DNA of 59,921 nt from Bacteroidales bacterium (GTDB lineage: Bacteria > Bacteroidota > Bacteroidia > Bacteroidales > WCHB1-69), in assembly GCA_016281255.1 (NCBI GenBank), contig JAEEIG010000055.1, forward strand, positions 1 through 59,921. The letters are read 5' to 3'. Made by a program: the position numbers and the translations under genes. Positions 1-8,108 of the stretch are shown in pieces (the first letter of the stretch is position 1; each line of letters begins with the position of its first letter). The notes beneath the pieces are model-generated. The model was not told the DNA's origin, searched no databases, and saw nothing but the letters and a program-made list of their open reading frames with translations.

Positions 1-13
1 CCGTTTCGGACAT

Positions 14-193
14 CTATTCAGGTTTGTTTTCGGACTCTTTCTCCGCAGGTTTCTCCTCCTTGCCGTCCATGCCGTTCTTGAAGGAGCGCACACCCTTGCC
101 AAGTCCGCTCATCAGTTCGGGAATCTTCTTGCCACCGAACAAAAGCAGCACAATCAGGGCGATGATGATGATCTCTGTCATTCCTATTCTCAT
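14..193 (-). CDS. tatA: twin-arginine translocase subunit TatA/E (59 aa, shorter than the ORF-track cutoff)
   Basis: Reverse-strand ATG at 193..191 and TAG at 16..14. The translation [59 protein letters not shown] shows an N-terminal TM helix, the FGxxKxPE hinge and an amphipathic helix typical of TatA. A further ATG (13..11, MSET...) follows the stop and runs off the window, which is where tatC would be expected. That stretch is too short to call. Confidence 0.85.
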   Translation of the reverse strand: MRIGMTEIIIIALIVLLLFGGKKIPELMSGLGKGVRSFKNGMDGKEEKPAEKESENKPE

Positions 194-209
194 ATCTTTT
201 CGATTTATA

Positions 210-235
210 GACTTAAGACGTAAGACTTAAGACTT
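210..235. repeat. heptamer tandem array (GACKTAA) x3.7, left arm of composite element E1
   Basis: Read directly: gacttaa gacgtaa gacttaa gactt. It is the reverse complement of the CTYAAGT units at 317..413. Confidence 0.9.
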
Positions 236-316
236 TTGGGGTCTTACGTCAAGTTCTGATAATTTGTCAAATAATCCCTTTTTTTGTTTTTTTCCTTTGT
301 TTGCAATTCATATAAT

Positions 317-413
317 CTCAAGTCTCAGTCTTAAGTCTCAAGTCTTAAGTCTTAAGTCTTAAGTCTCAAGTCTTAAGTCTCAAGTCTTAAGTCCCAAGTC
401 TCAAGTCTCAAGT
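317..413. repeat. heptamer tandem array (CTYAAGT) x14, right arm of composite element E1
   Basis: Fourteen consecutive units were counted. One is a 6-nt unit, ctcagt. Variation is almost only C/T at position 3. The stop codon of the DUF721 gene (408..410) lies in the last unit. Confidence 0.95.
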
Positions 414-701
414 CCTGAACATGATATCCGTGACCAACGGGCCGAAGTCTACCTGTATTTTCTTGATTATCTGGGATTTGTGTCCAAAGAGCTCGAATTT
501 GAGCGCGGCGTTCTGCACGCGCACATAGAGGATGCCGTTGCGCAGGTCTTCGCACTTCGAGAACTGGGCGCACATCGGCCCGACGTATTCCGGCCACCGT
601 TCGAACAGCATCTGCTTGTCCATCAGATGCTGCTTCCCCGACTGGCTCACGAACCGCCCGATCAGTTCCTTCAAATTCATTTCATGACTATCTCTTTCCA
701 T
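408..701 (-). CDS. DUF721 (DciA-like) small protein
   Basis: 97-aa ORF with ATG at 701..699. An alternative start is M8 at 680. The sequence ...NLKELIGRFV...WPEYVGPMCAQFSKCEDLRNGILYVRVQNAALKFELFGHKSQIIKKI resembles DUF721 family proteins. Assignment is by motif memory only. Confidence 0.7.
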   Translation of the reverse strand: MERDSHEMNLKELIGRFVSQSGKQHLMDKQMLFERWPEYVGPMCAQFSKCEDLRNGILYVRVQNAALKFELFGHKSQIIKKIQVDFGPLVTDIMFRT

Positions 702-721
702 TATCTTATCCTCTTATCCTC
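701..721. repeat. short octamer repeat (TTATCCTC) x2.5 filling the queE-stop to DUF721-start gap
   Basis: Read as ttatc ttatcctc ttatcctc. On the coding (minus) strand this is TGA GAGGATAA GAGGATAA GATA ATG. Confidence 0.6.
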
Positions 722-1348
722 TCACAAAATCTGCATATACTTGTGCGTTTGCAGCGACATGCGCCATTTCGGGTTGTCCAGGATGTACTGCACCAGCCGT
801 CCGATGATGGCGTTGCAACGGTTCCAGTCGGGCTGGAGGAAGAGCAGACAATTCCCGGAGACTTTTTTCGCATTCTCCTCTGCCCAGTTGAAGTCCTCCT
901 CGCAACCGATGACCACCTTGAGTTCGTTGGCTTTGGCGAGCATCTCGGGCTTCGGGGCTGCGCCGTATTTCGGGGAGAGGCAAATCCAGTCCCAGTCGCC
1001 GGAGAGCGGTTCTGAACCGGAAGTTTCCAGGAAACAGCTGAGCCCGCGCTCATGCATCTTCGCGCAGAGGTAGTCCATGTTGTAGAGCATCGGTTCGCCG
1101 CCGGTGACCACCACCGCCCGGGCGGGCACCTTCGCCGCGCGCGCCACGATGTCGTCCACATCCAGTTTCGGATACTTGTCGGCATTCCAAGCCCGCATCT
1201 CGTCGCAGAAGGAGCAGCCCACCTCGCATCCGCCCACGCGCACGAAATAAGCCGCCTTCCCCGTATGATAACCTTCGCCCTGCAACGAATAAAACTCCTC
1301 AACCACAGGGATATACATTCCTTTGTCGCTTGCCATTTTCGATTTCAT
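722..1348 (-). CDS. queE: 7-carboxy-7-deazaguanine synthase QueE (radical SAM)
   Basis: Motifs: LQGEG, then the Cx3Cx2C cluster motif (CEVGCSFCD), VVVTGGEP, and C-terminal QTHKYMQIL. The ORF-track start at 1360 is a TTG codon. The first ATG is at 1348 (MKSKMASDKG...), and ATG 1336 is also possible. Confidence 0.9.
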   Translation of the reverse strand: MKSKMASDKGMYIPVVEEFYSLQGEGYHTGKAAYFVRVGGCEVGCSFCDEMRAWNADKYPKLDVDDIVARAAKVPARAVVVTGGEPMLYNMDYLCAKMHERGLSCFLETSGSEPLSGDWDWICLSPKYGAAPKPEMLAKANELKVVIGCEEDFNWAEENAKKVSGNCLLFLQPDWNRCNAIIGRLVQYILDNPKWRMSLQTHKYMQIL

Positions 1349-1357
1349 TACAACCCG

Positions 1358-1365
1358 CAAAAATA
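1358..1365 (-). promoter_or_regulatory. Bacteroidota -7 promoter box TATTTTTG (TAnnTTTG) for queE
   Basis: The plus strand reads caaaaata, which is TATTTTTG on the minus strand, 10 nt upstream of ATG 1348. Confidence 0.55.
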
Positions 1366-1382
1366 CAAAATTTTACAATAAG

Positions 1383-1472
1383 CCCCTAAACCTGTAAACC
1401 TGTAAACCCGTAAGCCTGTAAACCTGTAAGCCTGTAAACCCGTAAGCCTGTAAACCCGTAAGCCTGTAAGCC
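1383..1472. repeat. octamer tandem array (CCYNTAAR) x11
   Basis: Units read: cccctaaa cctgtaaa cctgtaaa cccgtaag cctgtaaa cctgtaag cctgtaaa cccgtaag cctgtaaa cccgtaag cctgtaag cc. The array occupies most of the 158-bp divergent queE/GNAT intergenic region. Confidence 0.95.
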
Positions 1473-1482
1473 AAAAAAATAG

Positions 1483-1490
1483 TATCTTTG
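1483..1490 (+). promoter_or_regulatory. -7 promoter box TATCTTTG for the GNAT gene
   Basis: Perfect TAnnTTTG match, 29 nt upstream of ATG 1519. The expected -33 position falls inside the octamer array. Confidence 0.6.
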
Positions 1491-1518
1491 CACCCTGAAT
1501 AAACAAAACGAGAAAAAT

Positions 1519-1953
1519 ATGCAAGAATATCAAATACGACTGATGACCATGGACGACTACGACCAGGTGTATGCGTTGTGGTCGATCACGGAAGGCATGG
1601 CGTTGCGCGGGTACGACGACTCCGCGGAGGGCATCGCCAAGTTCCTGAAAAAGAACCCCACCTCCAACTTCGTGGCCGTGATGGGCGGCGAAATCGTGGG
1701 CGTCATCCTGTGCGGCATGGACGGCCGCCGCGCCTACATCTACCACACCGTGGTGCGCAAAGACCTCCGCCAGCGCGGCATCGGCAAGGCGCTCCTCGGC
1801 ATGGTCTATCACGCCATCGAAGCGGAAGGCATCAAGAAGAACGGCCTGCTGGTGCTGAAGAACAACGAGGTGGGCAACACCTTCTGGAAGATGCAGGGCT
1901 GGACAGAGCGCGTCGATCTCAATTATTACAGCAAAAATAACGTGGAACAGTAA
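1519..1953 (+). CDS. GNAT family N-acetyltransferase
   Basis: 144 aa. The acetyl-CoA binding motif region reads ...VVRKDLRQRGIGKALL... (R/Q-x-x-G-x-G/A). Confidence 0.85.
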   Translation: MQEYQIRLMTMDDYDQVYALWSITEGMALRGYDDSAEGIAKFLKKNPTSNFVAVMGGEIVGVILCGMDGRRAYIYHTVVRKDLRQRGIGKALLGMVYHAIEAEGIKKNGLLVLKNNEVGNTFWKMQGWTERVDLNYYSKNNVEQ

Positions 1954-1965
1954 GCGTATTTTTTG

Positions 1966-1973
1966 TATCTTTG
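1966..1973 (+). promoter_or_regulatory. -7 promoter box TATCTTTG for the iorA operon
   Basis: Perfect TAnnTTTG match, 59 nt upstream of ATG 2032. Confidence 0.55.
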
Positions 1974-2031
1974 CCCACTCTTATTTAGAAACATAAGTTA
2001 TTATTATACAATCAATAAAGTACTTCAGATT

Positions 2032-3639
2032 ATGTCAAAAGCATTGTTTTTAGGCGACGAAGCGGTGGCTCAGGCCGCTTTGGATGCCGGATTATCCGGA
2101 GTCTATGCCTATCCGGGCACTCCTTCCACTGAAATCACCGAATTCATCCAGAACTCCAAGCAGGGCAAGGCCGGCGAGGTGCACAGCATCTGGGCCGGCA
2201 ACGAGAAAACCGCCATGGAGTCCGCCATCGGCATGTCCTACGCGGGCAAACGCGCCATGGTCTGCATGAAACACGTCGGCCTCAACGTGGCCGCCGACCC
2301 CTTCATGAACTCCTCCATCACCGGCGCCAACGGCGGCCTCGTGGTGGTGGTCGCCGACGACCCCTCCATGCACTCCTCGCAGGACGAGCAGGACTCCCGC
2401 TACTACGCGAAGTTCGCCCTCATCCCCTGTTTCGAGCCCTCCAACCAACAAGAGGCCTACGACATCACCTACTACGCGTTCGAGATGTCCGAGAAATTCC
2501 GCACCCCCGTGCTGATCCGCCTCACCACCCGCCTCTCCCACTCCCGCTCCGGCGTGGAACGCAAGGCTGAGCGCCCGCAAAACCCGCTCAACATCGAGAA
2601 AGACCCGAAACAATTCATCCTGCTGCCCGCCAACGCCCGCCGTCACTACCGCAAACTGTTGGACAAACAGCCCGAATTCGAGAACGATTCCCTCAATTCC
2701 CCGTTCAACAAATACATCGACGGCGCCGACAAGAGCATGGGCATCATCGCCTCCGGCATCGCCTACAACTACCTGATGGAGAACTTCGAGGGCGGCCAAT
2801 GCCCCTACCCTGTACTGAAGATCTCCCAATACCCCCTGCCCACCAAGCTCATCGCCAAGATGGTCGATGAATGCGGCAAGGTGCTCGTCGCCGAAGAGGG
2901 TTATCCCTTCATCGAAGAGCAGGTCCGCGGCGTGCTGAACCGCACCGGCAACATCATGGGCCGCCTGAGCGGCGAACTGCCCCGCGACGGCGAACTCAAC
3001 CCGAACCTCGTGGCCAAAGCCCTCGGCCTGCCCGACACCTACGGCGCACCCGTCCCCGAACTCGTCGTCCCGCGCCCGCCCGCATTGTGCGTGGGCTGTC
3101 CCCATATCGACTCCTACACCGCCCTCAACAAGGCGATGGAGAAACACGGCAAAGGCAAAGTCTTCTCCGACATCGGCTGCTACACCCTCGGTGCCCTGCC
3201 TCCTTATAACGCCATCTACACCACCGTCGACATGGGCGCCTCCATCACCATGGCCAAGGGTGCCGCCGACGCAGGCCTCAGCCCATGCGTGGCAGTCATC
3301 GGCGACTCCACCTTCACCCACAGCGGCATGACCTCCCTGCTGGACGCCATCTACGAGAACACCCCCATCACGGTGCTGATCCTCGACAACAGCACCACCG
3401 GCATGACGGGCGGCCAGGATTCCCACGCGCTCGGCGTTCTCGGCGAGATCTGCAAGGGCCTCGGCGTCAAGGAAGACCATATCCACCGCATCAACCCGCT
3501 GAAGGGCCATCTGGAAGAAAACGTGGCCATCATCGAGAAAGAGCTGGAATACCAAGGCGTCTCCGTGATCATCCCGACCCGCGAATGCATCCAGACCTTG
3601 AGCCGCAGAATGAAAAAACAGCAAGCCGCGAAAAAATAA
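2032..3639 (+). CDS. iorA: indolepyruvate ferredoxin oxidoreductase subunit alpha
   Basis: MSKALFLGDEAVAQAALDAGLSGVYAYPGTPSTEI is a typical IorA N-terminus. It also has the TPP motif IGDSTFTHSGM and the Cys pair CVGCPH. The ORF-track start at 1963 adds 23 implausible residues, so the ATG at 2032 is preferred. Confidence 0.92.
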   Translation: MSKALFLGDEAVAQAALDAGLSGVYAYPGTPSTEITEFIQNSKQGKAGEVHSIWAGNEKTAMESAIGMSYAGKRAMVCMKHVGLNVAADPFMNSSITGANGGLVVVVADDPSMHSSQDEQDSRYYAKFALIPCFEPSNQQEAYDITYYAFEMSEKFRTPVLIRLTTRLSHSRSGVERKAERPQNPLNIEKDPKQFILLPANARRHYRKLLDKQPEFENDSLNSPFNKYIDGADKSMGIIASGIAYNYLMENFEGGQCPYPVLKISQYPLPTKLIAKMVDECGKVLVAEEGYPFIEEQVRGVLNRTGNIMGRLSGELPRDGELNPNLVAKALGLPDTYGAPVPELVVPRPPALCVGCPHIDSYTALNKAMEKHGKGKVFSDIGCYTLGALPPYNAIYTTVDMGASITMAKGAADAGLSPCVAVIGDSTFTHSGMTSLLDAIYENTPITVLILDNSTTGMTGGQDSHALGVLGEICKGLGVKEDHIHRINPLKGHLEENVAIIEKELEYQGVSVIIPTRECIQTLSRRMKKQQAAKK

Positions 3640-3659
3640 TATCACGAATAATGTCCGTT

Positions 3660-3687
3660 GTAGGGACGTTTCACGAAACGTCTCTAC
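3660..3687. repeat. REP-like palindrome, family R1 (GTAGRGACG...CGTCYCTAC)
   Basis: GTAGGGACGTTTC-AC-GAAACGTCTCTAC forms a 13-bp stem with one G.U pair. A second family member lies at 55766..55793. Confidence 0.8.
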
Positions 3688-3721
3688 AGGGGGGGTAACA
3701 ACAAATAAAAAACAATCGCAG

Positions 3722-3740
3722 GGGCGTATCGCATACGCCC
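3722..3740. repeat. REP-like palindrome, family R2 (GGGCGTATCGCATACGCCC)
   Basis: 8-bp stem GGGCGTAT/ATACGCCC with loop CGC. The same core occurs with an 11-bp stem at 43740..43764. Confidence 0.8.
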
Positions 3741-3762
3741 GCCAACAAAAACGAAAAACATT

Positions 3763-4341
3763 ATGAAAATCGACATTATATTAGCAGGTGTAGGCGGCCA
3801 AGGCATCCTTTCCATCGCCACCATCGTGGGCGCAGCCGCCATCAAAAGAGGAATGTACATGAAACAGGCCGAAGTGCACGGCATGAGCCAGCGCGGCGGC
3901 GATGTGCAGTCCCATTTCCGTCTCTCCGACCAACCCATCGCTTCCGACCTCATCCCGTTGGGCAAGGCCGACATGATCATCTCCGTGGAGCCGATGGAGT
4001 CACTGCGCTATCTGCCGTGGCTGAAGAAGGACGGCTGGTTGATCACCAACGACCAACCCTTCGTGAACATCCCCAACTATCCCGACTTCGACGCCCTGAA
4101 GGCCGAATTGGCCAAGGTGAAGAACTGCGTGGCCATCAACGCCGACCAGATCGCCAAGGACCTCGGTTCCGCCCGCAGCTCCAACATGGTGATCCTGGGC
4201 GCCGCCTCCCCCTATCTGCAACTCCCTTACGAGGAGATCGAGAACGCCGTGCGCGAGAACTTCGCCCGCAAAGGCGATGACATCGTCAACGTGAACCTCG
4301 CCTGCATGAAGGCCGGCCGCGAACTCGCCGAAAAGAAATAG
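3763..4341 (+). CDS. iorB: indolepyruvate oxidoreductase subunit beta
   Basis: MKIDIILAGVGGQGILSI...HGMSQRGG is typical of the IorB / pyruvate-ferredoxin oxidoreductase gamma-like subunit. Confidence 0.9.
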   Translation: MKIDIILAGVGGQGILSIATIVGAAAIKRGMYMKQAEVHGMSQRGGDVQSHFRLSDQPIASDLIPLGKADMIISVEPMESLRYLPWLKKDGWLITNDQPFVNIPNYPDFDALKAELAKVKNCVAINADQIAKDLGSARSSNMVILGAASPYLQLPYEEIENAVRENFARKGDDIVNVNLACMKAGRELAEKK

Positions 4342-4356
4342 TTCACCCCCTGCCTG

Positions 4357-5205
4357 ATGAATGATCTCATAGAATTTTTCAAAAGGGCATTTCATATCAT
4401 CGTACTCGCCGTTCTTCTGATTCTGAGTGTCGTGATGTTGGGCAAGTCGTTGTCATTCAACGACTACCGGCTCTCAAGAGCCGTCCAGAGCATCGTGGGA
4501 CCGATTCAGAAGAGCGGTGCGGGTATGATGCATCGTCTGCGCCTGGGACCAGAAAACGAGGCCCTGGTGCAGCAGAACATCCAGCTGCTGCGCGAGCACG
4601 AGAACATGTTCATCGAAAAGACCGACACCACCCTGACGGAGATGAGCAGACCCGACTCCCTCAACACCACCCGGGTGCGCCTCTATGACTACACCTACGC
4701 GCACGTCATCTTCAAGACCACCGACCGCGCCTTCAACTACATGATTGTTGACAAGGGCGCCAACGACGGCATCGCCCGCGACATGGCGGTGCTCTCCCCG
4801 AACGGCGTCGCGGGCGTCGTCACCGACGTCTCCTCGAACTTCGCCACCGTCCGCCCGATCCTCCACCCCGAGACCCGCATCAGCGCGGTGGTGACCCCGG
4901 CCAACCAAAACGGCACCGTCATCTGGGAAGGCAACGACCCACGCGTGGCCTACCTCGAATCCATCCCGCAACACTCCGAAATCAACATCGGCGACTCCGT
5001 CTTCACCAACGGATTCTCCAACATCTTCCCCAAAGGACTGTTCATCGGCACCGTGAAAGAGGTGAAGGTGGGCAACAACGCCAGCTTCCTGACCATCAAA
5101 ATCAACCTGGCCACTAAATACACCGACCTCTACACGGTTTACCTCGTGGAGAACCTCTTCAAACCTGAAATCGATTCCCTGAAAGCAAATTTCAAAGATG
5201 AATAA
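4357..5205 (+). CDS. mreC: rod shape-determining protein MreC
   Basis: An N-terminal TM helix is followed by a beta-rich periplasmic domain (...GVAGVVTDVSSNFATVRPILHPETRISAV...VFTNGFSNIFPKGLFIGTV). It is followed by mreD with an overlap. Confidence 0.85.
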   Translation: MNDLIEFFKRAFHIIVLAVLLILSVVMLGKSLSFNDYRLSRAVQSIVGPIQKSGAGMMHRLRLGPENEALVQQNIQLLREHENMFIEKTDTTLTEMSRPDSLNTTRVRLYDYTYAHVIFKTTDRAFNYMIVDKGANDGIARDMAVLSPNGVAGVVTDVSSNFATVRPILHPETRISAVVTPANQNGTVIWEGNDPRVAYLESIPQHSEINIGDSVFTNGFSNIFPKGLFIGTVKEVKVGNNASFLTIKINLATKYTDLYTVYLVENLFKPEIDSLKANFKDE

Positions 5206-5722
5206 CATCATAGCCAACATATTGCGATTCACGATACTGCTCGCCGCGCAGGTGGCCGTCTGCCAGCATGTCTGCCTGTTCGGCTACATGAAGCCGGCCC
5301 TCTTCCTGCTCGCCCTCTTCCTGCTGCCCATGGAACTCCCCCTCTCCCTCCAGTATCTCATCGGATTCCTCTCGGGATTCGCGGTGGACGCCTTCGCCCA
5401 CACCTTCGGCGTCTCCTCCTTCGCCTGCACGCTGATGATGTTCCTCCGGCCCTACGTCGCGCACATGCTCAACGGCTCCAACAACGCCAAATTCGAAAAC
5501 ATCGACCGACCCGTGCCCGGCCCCAAAGACTTCCGCTGGGTCTCCCTATACACCCTCATCCTCTCCGCCATCTACCAAATCACCGCCGTGATGCTCGAAA
5601 CCATGTCCTTCAGGAATTTCGGCCACACCCTCCTGGTCATCCTCGGCAACACCCTCTTCACCGTGTTCGTCATCCTCTGCATCGAATACATTTTCCACTC
5701 CCGCACGAAGAATGAAGCGTAA
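5198..5722 (+). CDS. mreD: rod shape-determining protein MreD
   Basis: 174-aa polytopic membrane protein that overlaps the mreC end by 8 nt. Both position and hydrophobic profile fit MreD. Confidence 0.75.
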   Translation: MNNIIANILRFTILLAAQVAVCQHVCLFGYMKPALFLLALFLLPMELPLSLQYLIGFLSGFAVDAFAHTFGVSSFACTLMMFLRPYVAHMLNGSNNAKFENIDRPVPGPKDFRWVSLYTLILSAIYQITAVMLETMSFRNFGHTLLVILGNTLFTVFVILCIEYIFHSRTKNEA

Positions 5723-8108
5723 CCTCTGGCTTTTCATCTTTCTGCTCCTCAGCAGTGTATGCATGTTCTCCTGCAGCTCCGTCCGGCACCTCCCCGATGG
5801 AGAAAGCATGCTGGTCAGAAACAAGGTGAAAGTGGTGGACGCCAAAAGCCCCGACTTCGACAACCTCGCCTCCTACGTGCGCCCCGTCACCAACAAGAAG
5901 TTCATGGATATCTTCCGCATCAAAACGGTATTCTATGACTGGGGAACTCCCAAACTCCTCCCAAACGGGGAATATAAAGACACCAAATTCCGCAAGTTCC
6001 TGCGCGAGAAGATCGGCGAAGCCCCCGTCCTGCTCGACAGCACCGATATCACCAACTCCATCGACCAGCTGAAAATCGTCATGAAACAGCTCGGATACTT
6101 CGATTCGGAGGTCAACTACAACGTCTCCTTCCTGGGGAAAAAGAAGAAAAAGTCCAAGGTGGACTACTTCGTCACCGCCCACGACCCCTACTTCATCAGC
6201 CATGTGGAATACGACATCACCATCCCCGAGTACAAGCGGATCATGGTCATCCACCAGAAAGACAAGCTCCTGCACGACGGGATGCAATACAACGAATCCG
6301 TCATCAACGACGAGCTCACCCGCATCATCAACCTGATCCGCAACGAGGGGTACTACTATGTGGAGAAGTCCATCATCCGGTGCGAGGTGCAGTACGACCC
6401 GCCCGACAGCCTCGGCCACGACCCCAAAACCGTGAGGCTCACCATCATGATGAAGATCCCGCAGAACGAGAACGCCGCCCGCTACCTCTACAAATACCGC
6501 TACCACAACAACTACGTCTGCCCCGACCAGGAGTCGATGGCGACGCAGACCACGGGTTTCGACACCACCTACTACCGTTATACCAGCCGGCGCGACACCT
6601 CCAACTTCTTTTTCATTGAGGAGCTGAAAATCGACGGCAAGGAGCTGAAACCCTACTTCTCCTACAAAACCCTCGCCAACGCCATCTACACCTACAGCGG
6701 GGACGCCTACACCCAGATGGCGAGAACCAGCAGCAGCCGCGGACTGTCGAGCCTCGACAACTTCGACTACGTCAGTATCCTGTTCCGCGAGGACGAGTCG
6801 CTGCTGGACACCGTCAACAAGACCGGCTACCTGGACGTCATCTACCAGATGATCCGCAAAAAGCAGCACAGCGTGGGCGGACAGATAGAGCTGCGCAACG
6901 ACAAATCGGACATCTCGCTCACCTACACCAACCGCAACATCTTCAAAGGCGCCGAACACCTCTCCATCAACCTCTCGGGCGGCTATTACTACTACTCCCT
7001 CAACAACCTCTTCCGCAACAACACCTACTCCTACCCCGAATTCGGTATCACCGTCAAGCTCGACATCCCCAACCGCATCCTCCTCTTCAACCGCCACATC
7101 CGCGACGGAGCCGTCTCCAAAAGCACCGCCTTCAACTTCGGCGTCAACTACTCCGGACTCTACCGCCGGCTGGTTTACAACGCGTCGCTCACCTACCGAT
7201 GGACCCCCTCCTATTACATCTCCCACAGCTTCAGTCCGATAGACGTCAGCACCATCAACAACAGCGACAAGCGCATCACCTACCTGCTGAACTACGACAA
7301 ATATCCGGACTCCTACCAGAACAAGTTCGGCAAATTCATGCTCTTCTCCACCAAATACACCTTCAACTACCTGGTGCCCAAGTTCGTGAATTCCCGCAAG
7401 CACAACATGAACCTGAACATTTCCGGCGAGTCGTCCGGACTGCTCCTGAAGGGGCTGAACGCCCTTTTCGCCCCCAAAGAGCGCTGGGTGATCGGCCAGA
7501 ACGGGCTCGACAGCACGGGATACGACTACACCACCTTCGAAAAGGTGGAGGTGATGTGGAACTACACCTATTCCATCGACAAGGAGAACGCCGTCGCGAT
7601 GCGCGCCGACATCGGGGTCATGATCCCCTTGGACAAGGAGTCCTACGTCCCCTACGAAAAGGGGTTCTACATGGGCACCAGCAACAGCATGCGCGGCTGG
7701 GGCTACCGCGGACTGGGCCCCGGCAGCTACAAACACGGTTCCGACACGCTCTACACCGGCGACATCAAGATGGAGTTCAACCTCGAATACCGCGGCACCA
7801 TCTACCGCTCCATCAAATACGGCATCTTCGCCGACGTGGGCAACATCTGGCTCTCCCGCAAGGAGGCCGACATGCCCGGCGCGGAATTCTCCTTCCAGCG
7901 CTTCTACAAGGAACTCGCCTTCGACGCCGGCGTCGGACTGCGACTCGACTTCGACTTCTTCGTCATCCGCCTCGACTGGGCCATCCCCATCTACGACCCC
8001 ACCCGCGTCTCCGAACAGGGCTATTTCATCAACAAACGGTGGTTCAATCCCCCGCACGCCTTCAGACTGTTCCAAGGGCTGAAGTTGGCCATCGGATATG
8101 CCTTTTAG
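5712..8108 (+). CDS. Omp85 (BamA/TamA) family outer-membrane protein
   Basis: Signal/lipobox-like N-terminus (LLLSSVCMFSCSS). The C-terminal barrel carries Bac_surface_Ag-type motifs (MRGWGYRGLGPGSY, GIFADVGNIW, GVGLRLDFDFFVIRLDWAIPIYDP). It overlaps mreD by 11 nt. Confidence 0.8.
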   Translation: MKRNLWLFIFLLLSSVCMFSCSSVRHLPDGESMLVRNKVKVVDAKSPDFDNLASYVRPVTNKKFMDIFRIKTVFYDWGTPKLLPNGEYKDTKFRKFLREKIGEAPVLLDSTDITNSIDQLKIVMKQLGYFDSEVNYNVSFLGKKKKKSKVDYFVTAHDPYFISHVEYDITIPEYKRIMVIHQKDKLLHDGMQYNESVINDELTRIINLIRNEGYYYVEKSIIRCEVQYDPPDSLGHDPKTVRLTIMMKIPQNENAARYLYKYRYHNNYVCPDQESMATQTTGFDTTYYRYTSRRDTSNFFFIEELKIDGKELKPYFSYKTLANAIYTYSGDAYTQMARTSSSRGLSSLDNFDYVSILFREDESLLDTVNKTGYLDVIYQMIRKKQHSVGGQIELRNDKSDISLTYTNRNIFKGAEHLSINLSGGYYYYSLNNLFRNNTYSYPEFGITVKLDIPNRILLFNRHIRDGAVSKSTAFNFGVNYSGLYRRLVYNASLTYRWTPSYYISHSFSPIDVSTINNSDKRITYLLNYDKYPDSYQNKFGKFMLFSTKYTFNYLVPKFVNSRKHNMNLNISGESSGLLLKGLNALFAPKERWVIGQNGLDSTGYDYTTFEKVEVMWNYTYSIDKENAVAMRADIGVMIPLDKESYVPYEKGFYMGTSNSMRGWGYRGLGPGSYKHGSDTLYTGDIKMEFNLEYRGTIYRSIKYGIFADVGNIWLSRKEADMPGAEFSFQRFYKELAFDAGVGLRLDFDFFVIRLDWAIPIYDPTRVSEQGYFINKRWFNPPHAFRLFQGLKLAIGYAF

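Noticed and set aside
1-13. Possible start of tatC (minus-strand ATG at 13..11, MSET...).
   Set aside because: Only 4 codons are visible. The call is plausible from position alone and cannot be supported from sequence.
1963-2031. N-terminal extensions given by the ORF track for iorA (1963), the activase (21616), purH (49113), rbfA (53817), the four-helix-bundle gene (8651), nrdG (11232), queE (1360, a TTG codon) and the 150-aa gene (29526, GTG).
   Set aside because: The extensions run through promoter boxes, repeat arrays or AT-rich leaders, and they add residues unlike the family N-termini. Internal ATGs give canonical N-termini.
5670-8075. Very long antisense ORFs opposite well-supported genes. 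Examples: 5670..8075 (-), 8963..11179 (-), 2092..3645 (-), 18605..19849 (+), 31956..34286 (+), 36066..37418 (+), 47491..48912 (+), 55857..57233 (-).
   Set aside because: Their translations are low-complexity and rich in G/V/A/D/H/R, with no recognisable motifs. They mirror GC-rich genes whose sense strand has clear homology signatures. Such ORFs are expected when the codons TTA, CTA and TCA are rare.
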